Shown here: positions 1 to 10,900 of the stretch, piece after piece | How positions within the stretch are numbered: position 1 is the first letter of the stretch | Layout: each line of letters opens with the position of its first letter | From: Tubulanus polymorphus | Taxonomy: Eukaryota; Animalia; Nemertea | DNA length: 64,000 nt | NCBI RefSeq assembly: GCF_964204645.1 | Contig: NC_134033.1 | Span: 6,844,231-6,908,230, forward strand | Direction: 5' to 3' | The notes under the pieces: generated by a model | Databases searched by the model: none | What the model saw: only the letters and a program-made list of their open reading frames with translations | What the model was told of the DNA's origin: nothing | Position numbers and translations under genes: made by a program

Positions 1-3000
1 ACGACGTTTTCGGGTCGAAAAGTGCTTTTCCTGACGATTTGAGCGCTTTTACGCATCGACATTGTCGTTTTTTTCCGATAGGGGGAATATTTGATACGAA
101 AACGTCTTTTCTCGCGCTGAACGACGTTTTCGGGTCGAAAAGCTCTTTTCCTGACGATTTGAGCGCTTTTACGCATCGACATTGTCGTTTTTCCGATATG
201 GGGAAATATTTGATACGAAAACGTCTTTTCTCGCGCTGAACGACGTTTTCGTGTCGAAAAGTGTTTTTCCTGACGATTTGAGCGCTTTTACGCATCGACT
301 TTGTCGTTTTTTCCGATAGGGGGAATATTTGATACGAAAACGTCTTTTCTCGCGCTGAACGACGTTTTCGGGTCGAAAAGTGCTTTTCCTGACGATTTGA
401 GCGCTTTTACGCATCGACATTGTCGTTTTTTTCCGATAGGGGGAATATTTGATACGAAAACGTCTTTTCTCGCGCTGAACGACGTTTTCGGGTCGAAAAG
501 CTCTTACTTGACGATTTGAGCGCTTTTACGCATCGACATTGTCGTTTATTCCGATAGGGGGAATATTTGATACGAAGACGTCTTTTCTCGCGCTGAACGA
601 CGTTTACGTGTCGAAAAGCTCTTTTCCTGACGATTTGAGCGCTTTTACGCATCGACTTTGTCGTTTTTCCGATATGGGGAAATATTTGATACGAAAACGT
701 CTTTTCTCGCGCTGAACGACGTTTTCGGTTCGAAAAGTGCTTTTCTTGACGATTGGAGGGCTTTTACATATCGACATTGTCGTTTATTCCGATAGGGGGA
801 ATATTTGATACGAAGACGTCTTTTCTCGCGCTGAACGACGTTTACGTGTCGAAAAGCTCTTTTCCTGACGATTTGAGCGCTTTTACGCATCGACTTTGTC
901 GTGTTTCCGATAGGGGGAATATTTGATACGAAAACGTCTTTTCTCGCGCTGAACGACGTTTTCGAGTCGAAAAGCTATTTTCCTGACGATTTGAGCGCTT
1001 TTACGCATCGACATTTTCATTTTAGCGATGGGGAGAATATTTGATACGAAAACGTCTTTTCTCGCGCTGAACGACGTTTTCGGGTCGAAAAGCTCTTTTC
1101 CTGACGATTTGAGCGCTTTTACGCATCGACATTTTCCTTTTCCCGATAGGGAGAATATTTGATACGAAAACGTCTTTTCTCGCGCTGAACGACGTTTTCG
1201 GGTCGAAAAGTGCTTTTCTTGACGATTGGAGGGCTTTTACGCATCGACATTTTCGTTTTTCCGATAGGGGGAATATTTGATACGAAAGCGTCTTGTTGGC
1301 GCTGAACGACGTTTTCAGGTCGAAAAGTGCTTTTCCTGACGATTTGAGCGCTTTTACGCATCGACATTGTCGTTTATTCCGATAGGGGGAATATTTGATA
1401 CGAAGACGTCTTTTCTCGCGCTGAACGACGTTTACGTGTCGAAAAGCTCTTTTCCTGACGATTTGAGCGCTTTTACGCATCGACTTTGTCGTTTTTCCGA
1501 TATGGGGAAATATTTGATACGAAAACGTCTTTTCTCGCGCTGAACGACGTTTTCGGTTCGAAAAGTGCTTTTCTTGACGATTGGAGGGCTTTTACGTATC
1601 GACATTGTCGTTTATTCCGATAGGGGGAATATTTGATACGAAGACGTCTTTTCACGCGCTGAACGACGTTTACGTGTCGAAAAGCTCTTTTCCTGACGAT
1701 TTGAGCGCTTTTACGCATCGACTTTGTCGTGTTTCCGATAGGGGGAATATTTGATACGAAAACGTCTTTTCTCGCGCTGAACGACGTTTTCGGGTCGAAA
1801 AGTGCTTTTCCTGACGATTTGAGCGCTTTTACGCATCGACATTGTCGTTTTTTTCCGATAGGGGGAATATTTGATACGAAAACGTCTTTTCTCGCGCTGA
1901 ACGACGTTTTCGGGTCGAAAAGCTCTTACTTGACGATTTGAGCGCTTTTACGCATCGACATTGTCGTTTATTCCGATAGGGGGAATATTTGATACGAAGA
2001 CGTCTTTTCTCGCGCTGAACGACGTTTACGTGTCGAAAAGCTCTTTTCCTGACGATTTGAGCGCTTTTACGCATCGACTTTGTCGTTTTTCCGATATGGG
2101 GAAATATTTGATACGAAAACGTCTTTTCTCGCGCTGAACGACGTTTTCGGTTCGAAAAGTGCTTTTCTTGACGATTGGAGGGCTTTTACATATCGACATT
2201 GTCGTTTATTCCGATAGGGGGAATATTTGATACGAAGACGTCTTTTCTCGCGCTGAACGACGTTTACGTGTCGAAAAGCTCTTTTCCTGACGATTTGAGC
2301 GCTTTTACGCATCGACTTTGTCGTGTTTCCGATAGGGGGAATATTTGATACGAAAACGTCTTTTCTCGCGCTGAACGACGTTTTCGAGTCGAAAAGCTAT
2401 TTTCCTGACGATTTGAGCGCTTTTACGCATCGACATTTTCATTTTAGCGATGGGGAGAATATTTGATACGAAAACGTCTTTTCTCGCGCTGAACGACGTT
2501 TTCGGGTCGAAAAGCTCTTTTCCTGACGATTTGAGCGCTTTTACGCATCGACATTTTCCTTTTCCCGATAGGGAGAATATTTGATACGAAAACGTCTTTT
2601 CTCGCGCTGAACGACGTTTTCGGGTCGAAAAGTGCTTTTCTTGACGATTGGAGGGCTTTTACGCATCGACATTTTCGTTTTTCCGATAGGGGGAATATTT
2701 GATACGAAAGCGTCTTGTTGGCGCTGAACGACGTTTTCAGGTCGAAAAGTGCTTTTCCTGACGATTTGAGCGCTTTTACGCATCGACATTGTCGTTTATT
2801 CCGATAGGGGGAATATTTGATACGAAGACGTCTTTTCTCGCGCTGAACGACGTTTACGTGTCGAAAAGCTCTTTTCCTGACGATTTGAGCGCTTTTACGC
2901 ATCGACTTTGTCGTTTTTCCGATATGGGGAAATATTTGATACGAAAACGTCTTTTCTCGCGCTGAACGACGTTTTCGGTTCGAAAAGTGCTTTTCTTGAC

Positions 3001-6000
3001 GATTGGAGGGCTTTTACGTATCGACATTGTCGTTTATTCCGATAGGGGGAATATTTGATACGAAGACGTCTTTTCACGCGCTGAACGACGTTTACGTGTC
3101 GAAAAGCTCTTTTCCTGACGATTTGAGCGCTTTTACGCATCGACTTTGTCGTGTTTCCGATAGGGGGAATATTTGATACGAAAACGTCTTTTCTCGCGCT
3201 GAACGACGTTTTCGAGTCGAAAAGCTATTTTCCTGACGATTTGAGCGCTTTTACGCATCGACATTTTCATTTTCCCGATAGGGAGAATATTTGATACGAA
3301 AACGTCTTTTCTCGCGCTGAACGACGTTTTCGGGTCGAAAAGCTCTTTTCCTGACGATTTGAGCGCTTTTACGCATCGACATTTTCCTTTTCCCGATAGG
3401 GAGAATATTTGATACGAAAACGTCTTTTCTCGCGCTGAACGACGTTTTCGGGTCGAAAAGTGCTTTTCTTGACGATTGGAGGGCTTTTACGCATCGACAT
3501 TTTCGTTTTTCCGATAGGGGGAATATTTGATACGAAAGCGTCTTGTTGGCGCTGAACGACGTTTTCAGGTCGAAAAGTGCTTTTCCTGACGATTTGAGCG
3601 CTTTTACGCATCGACATTGTCGTTTATTCCGATAGGGGGAATATTTGATACGAAGACGTCTTTTCTCGCGCTGAACGACGTTTACGTGTCGAAAAGCTCT
3701 TTTCCTGACGATTTGAGCGCTTTTACGCATCGACTTTGTCGTTTTTCCGATATGGGGAAATATTTGATACGAAAACGTCTTTTCTCGCGCTGAACGACGT
3801 TTTCGGTTCGAAAAGTCCTTTTCTTGACGATTGGAGGGCTTTTACGCATCGACATTGTCGTTTTTTCCGATAGGGGGAATATTTGATACGAAGACGTCTT
3901 TTCTCGCGCTGAACGACATTTTCCTGTCGAAAAGTGCTTTTCCTGACGATTGGAGGGCTTTTACGCATCGACATTTTCGTTTTTCCGATAGGGGGTATAT
4001 TTGATACGAAAACGTCTTTTCTCGCGCTGAACGACGTTTTCGGGTCGAAAAGTGCTTTTCCTGACGATTTGAGCGCTTTTACGCATCGACATTGTCGTTT
4101 TTCCGATAGGGGAATATTCGATACGAAAACGTCTTTCTAGCGCTGAACGACGTATTCGTGTCGAAAAGCTCTTCTCCTGACGATTTGAGCGCTTTTACGC
4201 ATCGACATTTTCCCTTTCCCGATAGGTGGAATATTTGATACGAAAACGTCTTTTCTCGCGCTGAACGACGTTTTCGGGTCGAAAAGTGCTTTTCCTGACG
4301 ATTTGAGCGCTTTTACGCATCGACATTGTCGTTTTTCCTATAGGTGGAAAATTTGATACGAAAACGTCTTTTCTCGCGCTGAACGACGTTTTGGGGTCGA
4401 AAAGTGCTTTTACTGACGATTTGAGCGCTTTTACGCATCGACATTGTCGTTTTTTTCCGATAGGGGGAATATTTGATACGAAAACGTCTTTTCTCGCGCT
4501 GAACGACGTTTTCGGGTCAAAAAGTGCTTTTCCTGACGATTTGAGTGCTTTTACGCATCGACATTGTCATTTTTCCGATATGGGGAAATATTTGATACGA
4601 AAACGTCTTTTCTCGCGCTGAACGACGTTTTCGGGTCGAAAAGTGCTTTTCCTGACAATTGGATAGCTTTTACGCTTCGACATTTTCGTTTTTCCGATAG
4701 GGGGAATATTTGATACGAAAACGTCTTTTCTCGCGCTGAACGACGTTTTCGGGTCGAAAAGTGCTTTTACTGACGATTTGAGCGCTTTTACGCATCGACA
4801 TTGTCGTTTTTCCCGATAGGGGGAATATTTGATACGAAAACGTCTTTTCTCGCGCTGAACGACGTTTTCGGGTCGAAAAGTGCTTTTCCTGACGATTTGA
4901 GTGCTTTTACGCATCGATATTGTCATTTTTCCGATATGGGGAAATATTTGATACGAAAACGTCTTTTCTCGCGCTTTTACGCATCGACTTTGTCGTTTTT
5001 CCGATATGGGGAAATATTTGATACGAAAACGTCTTTTCTCGCGCTGAACGACGTTTTCGGTTCGAAAAGTGCTTTTCCTGACGATTTGAGTGCTTTTACG
5101 CATCGATATTGTCATTTTTCCGATATGGGGAAATATTTGATACGAAAACGTCTTTTCTCGCGCTGAACGACGTTTTCGGGTCGAAAAGTGCTTTTCCTGA
5201 CAATTGGAGGGCTTTTACGCTTCGACATTTTCGTTTTTCCGATAGGGGGAATATTTGATACGAAAACGTCTTTTCTCGCGCTGAACGACGTTTTCGGGTC
5301 GAAAAGTGCTTTTCCTGACGATTAGAGCGCTTTTACGCATCGACATTTTCGTTTTTCCGATAAGGGGAAAATTTGATACGAAAACGTCTTATCTCGAGCT
5401 GAACGACGTTTTCGTGTCGAAAAGCTCTTTTCCTGACGATTTGAGCGCTTTTACGCATCGACTTTGTCGTTTTTCCGATATGGGGAAATATTTGATACGA
5501 AAACGTCTTTTCTCGCGCTGAACGACGTTTTCGGTTCGAAAAGTGCTTTTCCTGACGATTTGAGCGCTTTTACGCATCGACATTTTCCTTTTCCCGATAG
5601 GGAGAATATTTGATACGAAAACGTCTTTTCTAGCGCTGAACGACGTATTCGTGTCGAAAAGTGCTTTTCCTGACGATTTGAGCGCTTTTACGCATCGACA
5701 TTGTCGTTTTTTTCCGATAGGGGGAATATTTGATACGAAAACGTCTTTTCTCGCGCTGAACGACGTTTTCGTGTCGAAAAGCTCTTTTCCTGACGATTTG
5801 AGCGCTTTTACGCTTCGACATTGTCGTTTTTCCGATATGGGGAAATATTTGATACGAAAACGTCTTTCTCGCGCTGAACGACGTTTTCGGGTCGAAAAGT
5901 GCTTTTCCTGACGATTTGAGTGCTTTTACGCATCGACATTGTCATTTTTCCGATAGGCGGTAAATTTTATAAGAAAAGGTCTTTTCTCGCGCTGAACGAC

Positions 6001-7657
6001 GTTTTTGGGTCGAAAAGTGCTTTTCCTGACGATTTGAGCGCTTTTACGCATCGACATTTTCGTTTTTCCGATAGGGGGAATATTTGATACGAAAACGTCT
6101 TTTCTCGCGCTGAACGACGTTTTCGGGTCGAAAAGTGCTTTTCCTGACGATTTGAACGCTTTTACGCATCGACTTTGTCGTTTTTTCCGATAGGGGGAAT
6201 ATTTGATACGAAAACGTCTTTTCTCGCGCTGAACGACGTTTTCGGGTCGAAAAGTGCTTTTCCTGACGATTTGAGCGCTTTTACGCATCGACATTGTCGT
6301 TTTTCCGATAGGGGGAATATTTGATACGAAAACGTCTTTTCTCGCGCTGAACGACGTTTTCGGGACGAAAAGTGCATTTCCTGACGATTTGAGCGCTTTT
6401 ACGCATCGACACTGTCGTTTTTTCCGATAGGGGGAATATTTGATACGAAAACGTTTTTTCTCGCGCTGAACGACGTTTTCGGGTCGAAAAGTGCTTTTCC
6501 TGACGATTTGAGCGCTTTTACGCATCGACACTGTCGTTTTTTCCGATAGGGGGAATATTTGATACGAAAACGTTTTTTCTCGCGCTGAACGACGTTTTCG
6601 GGTCGAAAAGTGCTTTTCCTGACGATTTGAGCGCTTTTACGCATCGACATTTTCGTTTTTCCGATAGGGGGAATATTTGATACGAAAACGTCTTTTCTCG
6701 CGCTGAACGACGTTTTCGGGTCGAAAAGTGCATTTCCTGACGATTTGAGCGCTTTTACGCATCGACACTGTCGTTTTTTCCGATAGGGGGAATATTTGAT
6801 ACGAAAACGTTTTTTCTCGCGCTGAACGACGTTTTCGGGTCGAAAAGTGCTTTTCCTGACGATTTGAGCGCTTTTACGCATCGACATTATCGTTTTTCCT
6901 ATAGGGGGAATATTTGATACGAAAACGTTTTTTCTCGCGCTGAACGACGTTTTCGGGTCGAAAAGTGCTTTTCCTGACGATTTGAGCGCTTTTACGCATC
7001 GACATTATCGTTTTTCCTATAGGTGGAAAATTTGATAGGAAAACGTCTTTTCTCGCGCTGAACGACGTTTTCGTGTCGAAAAGCTCTTTTCCTGACGATT
7101 TGAGGGCTTTTACGCATCGACATTTTCCTTTTCCCGATAGGGGGAATATTTGATAAGAAAATGTCTTTTCTCGCGCTGAACGACGTTTTCGGGTCGAAAA
7201 GTGCTTTTACTGACGATTTGAGCACTTTTACGCATCGACATTGTCGTTTTTCCGATAGGGGAAATATTTGGTACGAAAACGTCTTTTCTCGCGCTGAACG
7301 ACGTTTTCGTGTCGAAAAGCTCTTTTCCTGACGATTTGAGCGCTTTTACGCATTCGACATTTTCCCGATAGGGGAATATTTGATACGAAAACGTCTTTTC
7401 TCGCGCTGAACGACGTTTTCGGGTCGAAAAGTGCTTTTCCTGACGATTGGAGGGCTTTTACGCATCGACATTTTCGTTTTTCCGATAGGGGGAATATTTG
7501 ATACGAAAACGTCTTTTCTCGCGCCGAACAAAGTTTTCGTGTCGAAAAGTGCTTTTCCTGACGATTTGAGCGCTTTTACGCATCGACATTGTCGTTTTTT
7601 CCGATAGGGGGAATATTTGATACGAAGACGTCTTTTCTCGCGCTGAACGACGTTTTT
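1..7657. repeat. Tandem satellite array, 118-120 bp monomer (~64 copies in window), CpG-rich, with 1422-bp and 828-bp higher-order repeats
   Basis: Monomer acgacgttttcgggtcgaaaagtgcttttcctgacgatttgagcgcttttacgcatcgac...ctcgcgctga recurs every 118-120 bp; identical spurious ORFs recur at +1422 (407/1829, 645/2067, 1022/2444) and +828 (2541/3369). Confidence 0.98.
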
Positions 7658-7988
7658 AGTAATTAGGAAATGGCGTTTTCATACCAGAGGTCGAGAGGTC
7701 GAGACACCACTCATCACAGCTAGGCTCTAGTGAGAACGGACGATTGTTCTGTGATACACATATACAGTGAGTGCGCGTAACAACAACTGCGCGTGGATAG
7801 ATCGATACAGTGAGTCGCTACTGAGAACGGTTATTAACGCGTGTGCTATTACTGCGTGTCAACTGTGCCCGGATAAATAGATGCTGTGAGGCTTGGGTGA
7901 GAACGGTTAATAGCGTGCTTGTTATATACAAGGGGAAGTAATCCCCACTCATCACCACAAGTAATTTTTTTTCCTTATAAATGGGAGA
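7658..7988 (+). repeat. Left TIR of Maverick A
   Basis: Reverse complement of 56060-56404 apart from a few substitutions and one ~14-nt indel. Confidence 0.95.
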
Positions 7989-10900
7989 GAATAAGACAGA
8001 ACAAATTGATGTTAATGAAAATCAATATTAATGTCCATATTGTAAAAAATACATTGATAAATCTCAAAAATCGCGTCATGAAAAATCTTCAAATCATATA
8101 AAAAATGTTATAGATTTTGAAACTTCAGAAAATTCCAATGAAAGAAAAGAACGATTAGAAAATATGAATGTGGATGAAATAAAATGTGAAGTTTGTAATG
8201 AATTTATAGTTAAAAGGAATTATAGTAGACATCTCGAATCACAAAAACACCATCAAAATTTGAGTAATTATGTTTTAGGAAAAGATTATTTCGATGATAA
8301 ACCTCAAAAAGTAAAAAAACCAACTTCAAAAACTAAATCCATTTCAAATAAACCTTACATGGAAAATGTTAGAAATTATATTGATTCACTAGAAATAAAA
8401 GATACAATTGAAATATCAGAAACATTACGTAGTAAAATTGGTCCTGCAGCTATTATATTTAGATTTTTTAAAGGTACAACAATAGAAGATTATAGTAAAT
8501 TTAATGAAATAATAGAAAAAATACTAGATTTGATAACAGATGTTGAATATCCAAAAATTAGTATCTCTGGGAAAGTAAGTTTTTTAAAGTCAGAAGAGAA
8601 AATGGATTATAATATTCAAACACTCTCTGAAGAAATAATTTCAAAAACGCAAATAAAAGAGAAGTTAGAAAAAATATTTAATGAATTTAAACGTCATATT
8701 GAAGAAAGATATTTTGAGGGTTCTGGTTTATCATTAAATGAAATTATATTTTTAAATTTAAATGTTTATAATACAAAAAGGAATAAAACATCAAAAAGTA
8801 AAACAATGTTTAAAAATGATTCAAACTTTACAACAGAAAAGGATATTAAAGCATCATCTTATATTAAATTACCATTTACAACAAAAGCAGTAATAAATGT
8901 TCAAAATGAAGATAATAAATGTTTTCTATGGTCAATTATTAGTTGCTTACACCCCACAGAAGATATTACGCATAGTTTTAGTAAAACAAATTACCGGAAA
9001 TATGAAACATTATATAAAATTGATCAATATCTATAAAAATGATACCCAAAATAGAAAAAATTAATAAGTTAAAAATAAATGTATTCGAATTAATGCAATT
9101 ACCAAATACAAAAGGTGAAAATATTAAAGATTATACTTTGGAAGCTTTATATTTAACATAATATTATGATGATGAAAATGCTATAGATTTGTTATATTAC
9201 AAAAAAGATGAAAATGAACATTATATGTGGTTAAAACAAATTGATTTATTCTTTAGAACAGAAAGTGATTTTAACAGTCATAAAATTTATCTATGTAGAA
9301 AATGTTTATCTAAATTTAGAACTGAGAATGCGTTACTAAAACATAAAAGAATTATGTGATAATAAAGATTTTTGCAAATTAATAATGCCAACAGAAAAAG
9401 ATTATAAATTGAAATTTACTAATCATAAATTTAAAAATATTGTTCCATTTGTAATTTATGGGGATTTTGAATTAACTGATCAAGATAGAAAAGAAATATA
9501 TAACAAAAAGCAATTATTAAAATCAATGCATAAAGGAAATGAATTAAATGAAGACACAACACAAGACCCGCCAATTATAAATACAATTTAAAAAGTTCAT
9601 CAAAGAGCTGGCTTATGGAATTTACATCAAATCAAATTATCCCGAATCATATGAAAGTCAATATATTTCTTTTAGAGGTGAAAATGTAGTTAATGATTTT
9701 TGTGACAAAATGATTGAATTAGAAAGTGATTTTGCAAAATTATTAAACAAAAATAAAAGAATAGTTATGACAAAAGAAGATGAAATTGATTTTAATTATG
9801 CAACTCATTGTTGTTATTGTGAAAAACGTTTTTATTCATTTGATAAAAAAGTTAGAGATCATGATCATTTAAATTCAAAATATCGTGGAGCTGCTCATGA
9901 AGATTGCAATTTACAAGCTAAGAAAGTTAATTTCGTACCAATATTATTTCATAATTTATCAGGCTATGATACCCATCTATTTATAAAACAATTATCGGGA
10001 AAATTGGGTGCAATTAATCAAGAAATAAAAGAATATAATGCTATGAATGGGGTAAATGTAAGAAAATATGATTTAAAACTATTAGCTAAAACATCTGAAA
10101 ATTATATTTCATTTCAATTTGGTTGCAATAGAGTTTTAGATTCTTATAGATTTCTAGCAAGTTCATTAGATAATTTATCAAAAAGTTTAGTTGATAATGA
10201 TTTTGTTATAACTCGATATTATTATCCAAATGAACAAGATTTTAAATTATTGAGATATAAAGGTGCAATTCCTTATTCATTTTATAAAACACACAATGAT
10301 TTTAATGTAACAGAATTATTAAAAGATCAATTTTATGATCAATTAAAAGAGGAGTATGTGAAAGACGAAGTGTTTAATAGAACATTAAATATTTGGAACC
10401 ATTTTAAGATGAAAAATCATGGTGAATTAGTTGATTTATATTTAAAATCAGATGTGATGATATTGGCTGACATATTTGAAAAATTTAGAGAAGTTAATTT
10501 AAATCATTTTAATGTTGATTCTTGTTATTGTTATTCAAGTCCTGGTTTAACCTGGAAATGTGGTTTAAAATATACAAATGTAGAATCAGATTTATTAAAA
10601 GAACCAGACTGGTTTTATTATTTGAAAAATCAATTAGAAGTGGAATTAGTGGTGTTATGGGAGATAGATATTTTAAAGCAAATGATGAATATAAATTATT
10701 ATGATGCAACCTCAACCATACAAAAATTTTATATTAACAGAAGTTGAAAATGGTGATAAAACTGATTGGGAAAGCGCAATTGCGAGTTTAAAAGATGAAG
10801 CACCAAATGGTTATTTCTTTGTAGTTGATTTAGAATATCCTGAAAATATAAAGTTTAAAACAAGAAACTTACCTTATTGCCCAGAACATTTAACCGTAGA

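Noticed and set aside
1-120. CENP-B box in the satellite (aacgacgttttcggg)
   Set aside because: Matches only the CG and CGGG positions of TTCGNNNNANNCGGG (6 of 9)
39-7531. Dozens of ORFs in the satellite (MRKSAQIVRK..., FDTKTSFLAL...)
   Set aside because: Translations of the 119-bp tandem repeat; frames shift with homopolymer length
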